A stretch of DNA of 64,000 bases from an uncultured Bacillota bacterium. GTDB lineage: Bacteria; Bacillota_I; Bacilli_A; RF39; UBA660. The notes beneath the pieces are model-generated. The model ran no database searches. It was given only the letters and a program-made list of their open reading frames with translations, and had not been told where the DNA came from. The position numbers were made by a program, and so were the translations under genes. Position 1 is the first letter of the stretch. Each line of letters opens with the position of its first letter. This document shows positions 26,788 to 34,876 of the stretch, piece by piece. Where the stretch lies: assembly GCA_947165005.1 (NCBI GenBank), contig CAMUYN010000004.1:1927-65926 (forward strand). The letters are read 5' to 3'.

Positions 26788-28251
26788 ATGGAATATAAAG
26801 TTAAAGTTGGTCTAGAAATGCACTGTGAAATATCAGAAACAAATACTAAAGTATTTTCATCTGCTCGTAATTCATATAGTGTTGTACCAAATGAAAATAT
26901 TAGACCTGTAGATATGGCTTTTCCAGGAATACTTCCTGTTGTTAATAAAGAAGCTGTAAGAATGAGTTTAATGGCTTCTATGGTACTTAATTGTAAGCAA
27001 CCAAAATATATGTATTTTGAAAGAAAAAACTATTATTATCCAGACTTACCAAAAGGATACCAATTAACTCAAAATCCACCAGAAGATACAGTAGGTATGA
27101 TGGGTTATGTTGATTTTGAAGTAAATGGTGAAGAAAAAAGAGTAAGAATAGATAATATACATTTAGAAGAAGATGCTGCATCCTTAGATCACTTATATGA
27201 TGTATCTACGATTGATTATAATAGAGCAGGTGTTCCTCTTTTAGAACTTGTTACTATGCCTGATATATCGTCTGCTGATGAAGCAGTTGCTTTCCTAGAA
27301 CACATGAGATCAGTATATCAATATTTAGGTATATCTGAAGCTGATTCTAAAAAAGGACAAATTAGATGCGATGTTAATATATCTATAATGGATGAATCTT
27401 TAGAAGATATTCCACAAAATTGGGGAACAAAAGTAGAAATAAAGAATGTTAACTCTTTTGGCGGAGTAAGAGATGCAATTATATATGAAGTAAAAAGACA
27501 AACTAAAGCAAAAGAAAATGGCACTTACGATACTGAAATAGAACAAGAAACAAGAAGATGGGATGAAGAATCTGGTACTACTATTAGAATGAGAAGTAAA
27601 GTAGACGCAATAGATTATAAATATTTTGTTGAACCAAATATTCCTAGATTTAAACTTAGTGATGAATGGTTAGAAGATATAAGAAAATCTATTCCAGAGC
27701 TTGCTTATGATAGAAAGAAAAGATATATGAATGATTATGGTTTATCTGAATATGATTCAAATATCTTAGTAAAAGAAAAGAAGATAAGTGATTTTTTTGA
27801 AGAAACTATTAAATTAGGTGCTGATCCTAAAGAAGCTTGTAACTGGGTAAACGGTATGATTTTATCATATTTAAATTATCATTTATTAACAATTGATGAA
27901 ATCTATATAACACCAGAAATGCTTCGTGATTTAATTAAATTAATTGATGATAAAACTATTTCATCAAAACAAGCTAAAGATGTATTTGCTAAAGTCTTAG
28001 AAGAAAAGAAAGAACCAAGAGAAATAGTTAAAGATGAAGGTATGATGCAAATAACTGATGAATCTTCAATAGAAGGTATCGTTGATGAAGTTATCGCAGA
28101 AAACCCTCAAGTAGTGGAGTCTTATGATCCAGCTAATCCAAAAGCACTTGATTATTTTATTGGTCAAGTAATGAAAAAGACTAGAGGAAAAGCAAATCCA
28201 ACAATCGCATATAACATGATGAAAGAAAAACTAGATAATTTAAAAAAATAA
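26788..28251 (+). CDS. gatB: Asp/Glu-tRNA amidotransferase subunit B
   Basis: MEYKVKVGLEMHCE, NRAGVPLLE and a C-terminal YqeY-like tail. ATG 26788 is preferred (SD AAGGAAGGTGAG). Confidence 0.92.
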   Translation: MEYKVKVGLEMHCEISETNTKVFSSARNSYSVVPNENIRPVDMAFPGILPVVNKEAVRMSLMASMVLNCKQPKYMYFERKNYYYPDLPKGYQLTQNPPEDTVGMMGYVDFEVNGEEKRVRIDNIHLEEDAASLDHLYDVSTIDYNRAGVPLLELVTMPDISSADEAVAFLEHMRSVYQYLGISEADSKKGQIRCDVNISIMDESLEDIPQNWGTKVEIKNVNSFGGVRDAIIYEVKRQTKAKENGTYDTEIEQETRRWDEESGTTIRMRSKVDAIDYKYFVEPNIPRFKLSDEWLEDIRKSIPELAYDRKKRYMNDYGLSEYDSNILVKEKKISDFFEETIKLGADPKEACNWVNGMILSYLNYHLLTIDEIYITPEMLRDLIKLIDDKTISSKQAKDVFAKVLEEKKEPREIVKDEGMMQITDESSIEGIVDEVIAENPQVVESYDPANPKALDYFIGQVMKKTRGKANPTIAYNMMKEKLDNLKK

Positions 28252-28280
28252 GTAAAAGTATATAACTTTTACTTTTTTTT
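28252..28280 (+). terminator. Rho-independent terminator
   Basis: Stem gtaaaagt/acttttac, loop atata, then T8. TGaTATAAT follows at 28282..28290. Confidence 0.75.
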
Positions 28281-28313
28281 GTGATATAATTTTATTAATT
28301 GTGGGTGGTTAGT

Positions 28314-29303
28314 ATGGGTAAAGATTTTGCTGAATTACCTTTTGAAGAAATGATGAAACAAAATAGAAGATTAAGATTAATAATTAAACTATTAATTTTG
28401 TTTTTTCTTGCCCTAATTTTAGTAATGCTTGTATTTAAGAAAAATGTTGTGCCAGTTAATTTTAAATTAAAAGGAAATGATGTAATAGTAATAAATATAG
28501 GTGAAGGAAAATATAAAGAAGAAGGTTATAAGGCTTATTTATTCAAAAAAGATGTTAGTAAAAATGTAAAGATAACAGATAATATTAATTATAAAAAAAT
28601 AGGAACTTATGAAATAAAATATAGATTGGTCATAAAGAATCTAAATATAGATAAAACTATTATAAGAAAAGTATCTGTAGTAGATAAAATACCACCAGAA
28701 TTAAATATTAATTCTGATCTTGAGGTTTACGCAAATTTAAATGAAACATATGCAGAACCTACATACGAAGCAAAAGATAATTATGATGGTGATATTACTA
28801 ATAAAGTAAAAAAGGAAAGTAATTTGGACCTTTCTAAAGAGGGAGAATATACAGAAACATTTACTGTAGAAGATTCTTCTGGAAATAAGACTACTAAAGA
28901 AATAAAAATAATAGTAAGAGAAAAAGCAAAGAACACATATATTATTATATCAATCGGTGATCAATGGTTAACTTATTATAATATGGGTAAAGTAGCACTA
29001 GAAACACCAGTTGTTACAGGAAATTATGGTAATACACCATATGGAACATTCTATGTTAATAATAAGGCTAGAAACGTAACATTAAAAGGACCTGAAGATG
29101 ATCCATATGAATCATTTGTATATTACTGGATACCTTTTATTAGTTCTACTCATGGAATGCATGATGCAACATGGAGATGGAGTTTTGGTGGAGATATATA
29201 TACTTATGATCCATCTCATGGATGTGTAAATATGCCTCTTGATAAAGCAAGAGATTTATATTATATGGTTGAAATAGGTACTCCTGTTTATATAGTTGAA
29301 TAA
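28314..29303 (+). CDS. L,D-transpeptidase (YkuD domain) with N-terminal membrane anchor and DUF5011-type Ig-like domains
   Basis: Catalytic HGMHDATWR...SHGCVNMP. Ig-like segment PPELNINSD...YAEPTYEAKDNYDGDITNKV. ATG 28314 follows GGGTGG. Confidence 0.8.
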   Translation: MGKDFAELPFEEMMKQNRRLRLIIKLLILFFLALILVMLVFKKNVVPVNFKLKGNDVIVINIGEGKYKEEGYKAYLFKKDVSKNVKITDNINYKKIGTYEIKYRLVIKNLNIDKTIIRKVSVVDKIPPELNINSDLEVYANLNETYAEPTYEAKDNYDGDITNKVKKESNLDLSKEGEYTETFTVEDSSGNKTTKEIKIIVREKAKNTYIIISIGDQWLTYYNMGKVALETPVVTGNYGNTPYGTFYVNNKARNVTLKGPEDDPYESFVYYWIPFISSTHGMHDATWRWSFGGDIYTYDPSHGCVNMPLDKARDLYYMVEIGTPVYIVE

Positions 29304-29337
29304 AAAAGACTTTAAAAAGTCTTTTTATTTTTTTTAT
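29304..29337 (+). terminator. Rho-independent terminator
   Basis: Stem aaaagacttt/aaagtctttt followed by a long T-run. Confidence 0.75.
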
Positions 29338-29376
29338 AAATATGATATAATACTTTTTACCAAAGGGGAGATATGC

Positions 29377-30312
29377 ATGAAAGTAGCTACTACTGGTGAA
29401 TTGAATTATGCTAGAAAACTATTGGAAAATGAAGAAATTGATTTAGCTATAAAAGAATTAAAGAAACTTCGTGATAGATATCCTAATGATACTGTAGTAT
29501 TATATGAACTTGGATCTGTTCTTCTTAAACAAGGTAAAGAATCAGAAGCATTCTATTTACTAAGTTTAGCAAGAAACGAAAACAATAAGTATGCAATTAC
29601 ATATGATATCGGAGCATATTACTTATCAAAGGGTGACTTTGAACGAGCTGAAGAAAATTTCCTAGTTTTATTAAAAGGAAATGATTCATATAAGTGCTAT
29701 GGTCTATTTGGACTTATAAAAACATATATACATACTGAGGATTATGAAACAGCACTAAATTGTTTTAATAGGTTAGAAAAAATAAGGGAATATACAGATT
29801 TTAGAATATCACATTACTATAATTTAAAATTCTTATTACTTTTTAAAAATGGATTATTAATTGATGAGACACTAGCAGATAATTATTTTAGAAAACAACT
29901 TGTTGATTATAGTGAAGAAGCTACTATAGAACATATTAAGGAGCATTTAAAGGATTTAGAACAATTAAATGAAGAGGAATTAAGAGATAAAAAATTCCAT
30001 TCTGTATTTAAAAAAGATACCGATATAATTGCTTTATATAAATATTGCCAAGAATTAATTAAAGATAAAAGACCAGATGGATATAGTGAAGTTGATTATT
30101 ATAGATGTAAACTTAGTAATTCTATCGGAGCAACTTATTCAAATAAAGAGACTATGTATGTAGAAATTGTTACTTTACCTAATTCTAAAGATATATTATC
30201 TATATATCCGGTATTTATAGAGCATGTTAATAAAAATTCTCAACAAAAAGAGAAAGAAAGAAAACAACCAAAGAAAAGAAAATATAAAAAAAATAAAAAT
30301 TGGAATAATTAA
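29377..30312 (+). CDS. TPR-repeat protein with lysine-rich tail
   Basis: TPR-like helices (YELGSVLLKQGKESEAFYLLSLA, GAYYLSKGDFERAEENF). ATG 29377 follows AGGGGAG. The track start 29296 lies inside the upstream terminator/promoter region. Confidence 0.65.
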   Translation: MKVATTGELNYARKLLENEEIDLAIKELKKLRDRYPNDTVVLYELGSVLLKQGKESEAFYLLSLARNENNKYAITYDIGAYYLSKGDFERAEENFLVLLKGNDSYKCYGLFGLIKTYIHTEDYETALNCFNRLEKIREYTDFRISHYYNLKFLLLFKNGLLIDETLADNYFRKQLVDYSEEATIEHIKEHLKDLEQLNEEELRDKKFHSVFKKDTDIIALYKYCQELIKDKRPDGYSEVDYYRCKLSNSIGATYSNKETMYVEIVTLPNSKDILSIYPVFIEHVNKNSQQKEKERKQPKKRKYKKNKNWNN

Positions 30313-30329
30313 TTATTCCAATTTTTTTA
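30298..30329. terminator. Bidirectional terminator (TPR gene on + strand, tRNA-Leu on - strand)
   Basis: Perfect palindrome aattggaataatt/aattattccaatt, flanked by an A-run on the left and a T-run on the right. Confidence 0.7.
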
Positions 30330-30334
30330 TTTAT

Positions 30335-30420
30335 TGGTGCTCCTGATCGGAATCGAACCGATACTTCTTTAGGAAACCAGATTTTGAGTCTGACGCGTCT
30401 ACCAGTTCCGCCACAGGAGC
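30335..30420 (-). tRNA. tRNA-Leu (anticodon CAA), class II with long variable arm
   Basis: The reverse complement folds as acceptor gctcctg/caggagc, anticodon loop ctCAAaa, long variable arm, T-arm atcgg-ttcgatt-ccgat, encoded CCA. Length 86 nt. Confidence 0.92.
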
Positions 30421-30428
30421 ACATAAAA

Positions 30429-30437
30429 ATTATATCA
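30429..30437 (-). promoter_or_regulatory. Extended -10 (TGaTATAAT on minus strand) for tRNA-Leu
   Basis: The reverse complement reads tgatataat, 8 nt upstream of the tRNA 5' end. Confidence 0.5.
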
Positions 30438-30499
30438 TATTTTTATTTGTTATGTATATTTATTTTATATATTTACAAAATAATATTAGAGGAGGAATT

Positions 30500-30721
30500 A
30501 TGAAAGAATACAAAGAAGTACCAAATATATTAACTGGTAAAGATTTAGATTATTTAACTGATTTATTTAATTGGAATTTTAATTCATATAAAGTAGCAGT
30601 AAACTCGTGTGATTATACTAGAGATAATGATCTAAGAAAAATAATGGAGAAATCTACAAAGATTTTTTGTGAATCTATGAATGATGTTATTTCAATTCTA
30701 GAAGGAGGTCTAAATGAGTAA
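30500..30721 (+). CDS. Small spore-coat-like protein (Coat F-related, tentative)
   Basis: SD GAGGAGG. LTGKDLDYLTDLFNWNFNSYK...RDNDLRKIMEK resembles small clostridial coat proteins. It overlaps the next gene by 8 nt. Confidence 0.4.
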   Translation: MKEYKEVPNILTGKDLDYLTDLFNWNFNSYKVAVNSCDYTRDNDLRKIMEKSTKIFCESMNDVISILEGGLNE

Positions 30722-31025
30722 GATATGTAATCCTAAAATAAAATTAGATTATGGTCTTAATATGAATGATAAGGACCATATAACAGAATTATTAACTTTA
30801 GTTAAAGCAATGGAAAAAAATACTTGTGTATTTATGACTGAATGTAGTAATGAAATTCTTTTTAAAAAAATAGAAAATATTTTTAATAAATATAAGGACT
30901 TACAAAGGGATATTTATGAAACTATGTTTAGAAAAGGATTATATGCTATGGAACCAGTAGAAGAAAAAAATATAACTAGTAAATTAACAACATTAAATGA
31001 AAATTTTGAATCTCTTGATGATTAA
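30714..31025 (+). CDS. Coat F domain spore coat protein (tentative)
   Basis: LNMNDKDHITELLTLVKAMEKNTCVFMTECSNEILFKK...RDIYETMFRKGLY fits the Coat_F pattern (ND-x-D...L...K...E-x-SN...M-x-x-x-G-x-Y). Confidence 0.5.
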   Translation: MSKICNPKIKLDYGLNMNDKDHITELLTLVKAMEKNTCVFMTECSNEILFKKIENIFNKYKDLQRDIYETMFRKGLYAMEPVEEKNITSKLTTLNENFESLDD

Positions 31026-31048
31026 GCACTTTTATAAGTGCTTTTTTT
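31024..31048 (+). terminator. Rho-independent terminator
   Basis: Stem aagcactt/aagtgctt, loop ttat, then T7. Confidence 0.75.
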
Positions 31049-31069
31049 GTGGTATTATTTTATATATAT

Positions 31070-31144
31070 TGCCCCTTAGCCAAGTGGTAAGGCATCAGGT
31101 TCTGACCCTGACATGCGTAAGTTCGAATCTTACAGGGGCAGCCA
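31070..31144 (+). tRNA. tRNA-Gln (anticodon CTG)
   Basis: Acceptor tgcccct/aggggca, D-arm gccaagtggtaaggc, anticodon stem tcagg/cctga with loop ttCTGac, T-arm gtaag-ttcgaat-cttac, encoded CCA. Length 75 nt. Confidence 0.92.
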
Positions 31145-31157
31145 TTATAAAATAAGG

Positions 31158-31181
31158 CAATTCTATAAGAATTGTTTTTTT
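31158..31181 (+). terminator. Rho-independent terminator after tRNA-Gln
   Basis: Stem caattct/agaattg, loop ata, then T7. Confidence 0.6.
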
Positions 31182-31187
31182 CATAAT

Positions 31188-31216
31188 TTGACAAAATTCA
31201 TAGAAAGTTGTATTAT
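31188..31216 (+). promoter_or_regulatory. Sigma-A promoter of rel
   Basis: TTGACA (31188..31193), a 17-nt spacer, then TATTAT (31211..31216). Confidence 0.6.
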
Positions 31217-31247
31217 ATATCAAATTAAAAAAAGGGGAGGGATAGGC

Positions 31248-32942
31248 ATGATTAATATCAATGACTGGAGAAATTATACAATAGAGACATTAATCGAATT
31301 TGTTAAATTGTATGATACAAGACCAGAATCTATTAGTAAAATAGAAAAAGCCTATAAGACTGCTCTAGCTTTACATGGAAGAACAAAAAGAGCTAGTGGT
31401 GAACCATATATATCACATCCAGTTGCTGTAGCCAATTTCTTAGCTATCATGAGAGTAGATATTGATACTATTTGTGCTGGACTTCTTCATGATACTATTG
31501 AGGATACTAATTATACAAAGGAAAAGTGTGAAAAGGAATTTGGTTTAGATGTTGCAGAAATAGTTGAAGGTGTTACTAAGATTAATAAGATGGATGATGT
31601 AGATCTTACATCTTTAAATATGTCTCTAACTGATGAAGATCAAAAGAGTTTAAAAATATTAAATAAGAAAAAGATTATAGAAAGTTTATTATATGACCCA
31701 AGAATAATTATAGTAAAACTTGCGGATAGATTGCATAATATGCTTACTATTGGATATAAAACGCCGGTTAAACAAAAATTAAAAGCAGCAGAAACATTAG
31801 AATTATATGTTCCTCTTGCTAATAAATTAGGTATATATAGAATACAGCAAGAGCTTGAAGATGCATCATTAAAATGTATTGAACCATATATTTATAATAG
31901 ATTAATGGTTATAAGAGAAAAAATAAAAGATGATAACTTATCAATGTTAAATTCAATGCTTGCTAAAATGGTTTTGGTAATTAGTGATAATTTAAAAGAT
32001 GTTGGTGGTTTTGATAAATCTGAAATGGATGAAAAGAATAGTGATGATTTATTACAAGAAACCATATTTGTTGGAGAAAACTATAGTAGAACAAGAATTA
32101 AACACGTTTATGGAATATATGAAGCTTTAGTTAAAATGGCTCCAGAAACTATAGATTTAAGAAATCCTGAAGAACTTAGTGAATATATAAGACAATTATT
32201 ATTTGATAAAGAAAGTTTTGAGGAAATTCACGATCTTAGAGTTATTAAATTAATTATGAAAGATACAAAGAGTTGTTTCCAAGTTTTAAATTTATTACAC
32301 CAAAATTATTCATATAAAAATCAATACTTTAAAGATTATATAAATGCTCCTAAATATAATATGTATAGATCTTTACATTCTACAGTTCATAGTGAAGATG
32401 GGAAATTTGTTCAATTCCAAATTAGAACTGTTGAACATGAAATGAGAGATACATATGGACTTGCATGGGAATTATATAAATTTGAAGGTAAAAATACAAG
32501 AGAAAGAATATTAGAAGAATTTAAAAAATATCCAGCTTATCAAAAATTACTTGATATAAAAGAAGATAGAACTGTTTCTAATTTAGAGGGATATCAAACT
32601 TTAATAGATAAAGAAATATTAAGTACGAAGGAAATAACAGTAATTAATAAAGCAACAGGTAAACCTGTGTATATAAGAGAAGATGCTACAATTTTAGATT
32701 TTGCATATCTAGTAGGTGGGCCTTTAGGAGATCATTTGGTCAAGGCTACATTAAATGATGTTGTATATGAATTAACTATTAAAAAGGGTAAAGTTAATTC
32801 TAAAATATGTCCTTTTAATATAAGATTAAAAGAGGGCGATGAATTATTAGTTGAGTTTGATGAAAATATTTGGTGTCCTAGACCTAATACAGATATTGAA
32901 AGAAAGAAATCTAAAAAGAAAGCAAAAAAGCTTATATTATGA
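31248..32942 (+). CDS. rel: RelA/SpoT-homolog (HD hydrolase + synthetase-like + TGS domains; no ACT/RRM domain)
   Basis: - HD motif: HPVAVANFL...LLHDTIEDT...KLADRLHNM.
- Synthetase-like: RIKHVYGIYEALVKM, DLRVIKLIM, DYINAPKYNMYRSLHSTV, VQFQIRT.
- TGS: VINKATGKPVYIREDATILDFAY.
- ATG 31248 follows AGGGGAGGG; the track start 31113 lies inside tRNA-Gln. Confidence 0.85.
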   Translation: MININDWRNYTIETLIEFVKLYDTRPESISKIEKAYKTALALHGRTKRASGEPYISHPVAVANFLAIMRVDIDTICAGLLHDTIEDTNYTKEKCEKEFGLDVAEIVEGVTKINKMDDVDLTSLNMSLTDEDQKSLKILNKKKIIESLLYDPRIIIVKLADRLHNMLTIGYKTPVKQKLKAAETLELYVPLANKLGIYRIQQELEDASLKCIEPYIYNRLMVIREKIKDDNLSMLNSMLAKMVLVISDNLKDVGGFDKSEMDEKNSDDLLQETIFVGENYSRTRIKHVYGIYEALVKMAPETIDLRNPEELSEYIRQLLFDKESFEEIHDLRVIKLIMKDTKSCFQVLNLLHQNYSYKNQYFKDYINAPKYNMYRSLHSTVHSEDGKFVQFQIRTVEHEMRDTYGLAWELYKFEGKNTRERILEEFKKYPAYQKLLDIKEDRTVSNLEGYQTLIDKEILSTKEITVINKATGKPVYIREDATILDFAYLVGGPLGDHLVKATLNDVVYELTIKKGKVNSKICPFNIRLKEGDELLVEFDENIWCPRPNTDIERKKSKKKAKKLIL

Positions 32943-32951
32943 GATAAAAAA

Positions 32952-32979
32952 ATGAAGGAGTAATCCTTCATTTTTTTTT
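32952..32979 (+). terminator. Rho-independent terminator
   Basis: Stem atgaagga/tccttcat, GTAA tetraloop, then T9. Confidence 0.8.
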
Positions 32980-32988
32980 ATATTATTA

Positions 32989-33017
32989 TTGACCTATATG
33001 CTAATAAATGTTAAAAT
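32989..33017 (+). promoter_or_regulatory. Promoter of tRNA-Ser
   Basis: TTGACC (32989..32994), a 17-nt spacer including TGt, then TAAAAT (33012..33017). Confidence 0.55.
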
Positions 33018-33030
33018 TATATTGCAGTTT

Positions 33031-33123
33031 GGAGTAGTACTCAAGAGGCTGAAGAGGCGTCCCTGCTAAGGATGTAGACCGGGGTAACCTGGTGCGAGAG
33101 TTCAAATCTCTCCTGCTCCGCCA
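33031..33123 (+). tRNA. tRNA-Ser (anticodon GCT), class II
   Basis: Acceptor ggagtag/ctgctcc (one G-U pair), anticodon loop ctGCTaa, long variable arm, T-arm gagag-ttcaaat-ctctc, encoded CCA. Length 93 nt. Confidence 0.92.
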
Positions 33124-33132
33124 TATAAAAAT

Positions 33133-33157
33133 AACTAACAATTTGTTAGTTTTTTTA
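33133..33157 (+). terminator. Rho-independent terminator
   Basis: Stem aactaaca/tgttagtt followed by T7. Confidence 0.7.
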
Positions 33158-33214
33158 TTGCCTTTTAAGAATTAATATATTAGAATATATAGCATTATTG
33201 AAAGGGAAATTGGC

Positions 33215-33766
33215 ATGGGTATAATAGATTTAAATCAAGAAAATATAAAGAAATTAATATCTTTAAAAGAGAAAAATTGGGAAAATATTGATACTACAAA
33301 TTGTTATGCTTTTGCACTTGGATTGGATATACCTGAAAGAAATTTGGCTACAAATATATATCAATTAGGAGTATTTTACTCTATTATGAATGATGTGCCT
33401 TTCTATGAATTAAATATGATGCCATATGAGAAAAGATTACTATTAGATTTAAAGGCACTAGGTATAAAATATAGTTTATCAAGTCCAAATGAAAATTCAA
33501 CTTGTTCTTATAATTTTGGAGAAAATGGAATTGAATCAATTAATTATTATTGGTTAATTTCTATGTTTGAAAATAGTAAAACATTAGATTTTCATTTTTT
33601 AAGAAAGAGTATGGATGGCAAATGGTGGCATAAGGAAGGCTATGAAGGAACAAGGCCAACTAAGAAAGATAAAAATGGGAATATTATATTAGATCCTAGA
33701 GATTGTGATTTAGGTCTTTATAAATATAAAAAAACATATAAACTTAGCATTAATAAGAGGAATTAA
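33215..33766 (+). CDS. Hypothetical cytoplasmic protein (183 aa)
   Basis: Clean ORF with its own terminator. The only motif-like feature is TTNCYAFALG near the N-terminus, with His residues later (DFHFL, WWHKEG). Confidence 0.6.
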   Translation: MGIIDLNQENIKKLISLKEKNWENIDTTNCYAFALGLDIPERNLATNIYQLGVFYSIMNDVPFYELNMMPYEKRLLLDLKALGIKYSLSSPNENSTCSYNFGENGIESINYYWLISMFENSKTLDFHFLRKSMDGKWWHKEGYEGTRPTKKDKNGNIILDPRDCDLGLYKYKKTYKLSINKRN

Positions 33767-33786
33767 TTACTATTAATTCTTTTTTT
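33760..33786 (+). terminator. Rho-independent terminator
   Basis: Stem gaattaat/attaattc, loop tact, then T7. Confidence 0.7.
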
Positions 33787-33816
33787 GTATAAAAAAACCA
33801 CCTTTTACACATTATT
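33787..33816 (+). promoter_or_regulatory. Candidate forespore-type (sigma-F/G-like) promoter upstream of sigG
   Basis: GTATA (33787..33791), 18 nt, then CATTATT (33810..33816). This resembles the GHATR / CAHWHTA consensus recalled for Bacillus sigma-G promoters. Confidence 0.3.
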
Positions 33817-33831
33817 TAAGTAGGAGGAATT

Positions 33832-34602
33832 ATGGCTATAAATAAAGTAGAAATAACAGGAATTAATACAACTAATTTACATACTATTAAATCAAAAGAA
33901 ATGGAGGAAATGTTTAAAGAATTAAAAAAAACTAATAATAAAGAAATAAGGGATAAATTAGTTATGGGAAATCTAAAATTAGTTCTAAGTATTTTGAAAA
34001 AATATAATAATAGAAATGAAAATTTAGATGATTTGTTTCAAATAGGATGTGTTGGTCTAGTAAAGGCAATAGATAATTTTGATCTTAGCTATGGTGTAAA
34101 GTTTTCAACATATTCAGTGTTGATGATAGAAGGTGAAATAAGAAAATATTTAAGAGATAATAATACTATTAGAATTTCTAGGAGTTTAAAAGAAAATGCA
34201 TATAAAATATTAAAATTTAAAAATGATTATATGGTTAATCATGGTAAAGAACCATCTGTTGATTTAATAAGTAAGGAATTAAATATAGAGAAAAAAGATC
34301 TATTATTATCATTAGAAGCGACAAAGTCTATTATTAGTTATTTTGATCCTATATATGATGATGGTGGTGAAACTATATATTTGTATGATCAGTTATCATC
34401 TAATGAAAATGATATTCTAGATGAGGTAATACTTAAAAATGCAGTGGAAGAATTAAAATCAAAGGAGAAGCAAGTATTTGTAGATAGATATATTAATGGT
34501 AAAACTCAGATTGAATTAAGTGAAGAATTAAATATATCTCAAGCACAAGTGTCTAGGATAGAAAAAAATGCATTAAAAAACATAAAAAAACTAATAAAAT
34601 AA
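33832..34602 (+). CDS. sigG: Sporulation sigma factor SigG
   Basis: NKVEITGINTTNL..., DDLFQIGCVGLVKAIDNFD, KFSTYSVLMIEGEIRKYLRDNNTIRISRSL, PIYDDGGETIYLYDQ, ISQAQVSRIEK. By recall it is closer to Bacillus SigG than to SigF. Confidence 0.85.
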   Translation: MAINKVEITGINTTNLHTIKSKEMEEMFKELKKTNNKEIRDKLVMGNLKLVLSILKKYNNRNENLDDLFQIGCVGLVKAIDNFDLSYGVKFSTYSVLMIEGEIRKYLRDNNTIRISRSLKENAYKILKFKNDYMVNHGKEPSVDLISKELNIEKKDLLLSLEATKSIISYFDPIYDDGGETIYLYDQLSSNENDILDEVILKNAVEELKSKEKQVFVDRYINGKTQIELSEELNISQAQVSRIEKNALKNIKKLIK

Positions 34603-34624
34603 TATATTTTATTAGAGGTGATTT

Positions 34625-34846
34625 ATGAGACTATCTGATATGCAAGATAAAGATGTTGTTGAATTAAAAACAGGTATTAAAGTAGGAAATATAATAGATA
34701 TTAAGATTAATAAAGAAGGGATGATTGAATCATTGATTTTAGAAAAAAGAAAATATTCTAGATTATTTTCTTCAAATGATGAAATAGAAATATCTTTTAG
34801 TAAAATAGAAAGTATAGGTGAAGATGTTATATTAATTAATAGTTAA
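34625..34846 (+). CDS. ylmC: YlmC/YmxH-family sporulation protein (PRC barrel)
   Basis: MRLSDMQDKDVVELKTGIKVGNIIDIKINKEG...IESLIL; 73 aa. Confidence 0.8.
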   Translation: MRLSDMQDKDVVELKTGIKVGNIIDIKINKEGMIESLILEKRKYSRLFSSNDEIEISFSKIESIGEDVILINS

Positions 34847-34876
34847 TAATGTGCTATAATCATTATGGAGGTAACT

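Noticed and set aside
29296-29376. Upstream extensions of track ORFs: 29296, 51496, 59384, 50684, 30452, 7441, 28299, 57475, 26779, 34865 and 52204.
   Set aside because: The extensions run through terminators or promoter-like TATAAT elements, or they lack an SD. In each case an internal ATG preceded by a good SD, and matching the expected protein N-terminus, was chosen instead.
30227-30424. Minus-strand 65-aa ORF.
   Set aside because: It is almost entirely the complement of tRNA-Leu and of the TPR gene's 3' end, so it is not a plausible gene.
31113-31247. N-terminal 45 codons of the track ORF 31113..32942.
   Set aside because: The extension starts inside tRNA-Gln (31070..31144) and runs through its terminator and the rel promoter. 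ATG 31248 has a strong SD (AGGGGAGGG).
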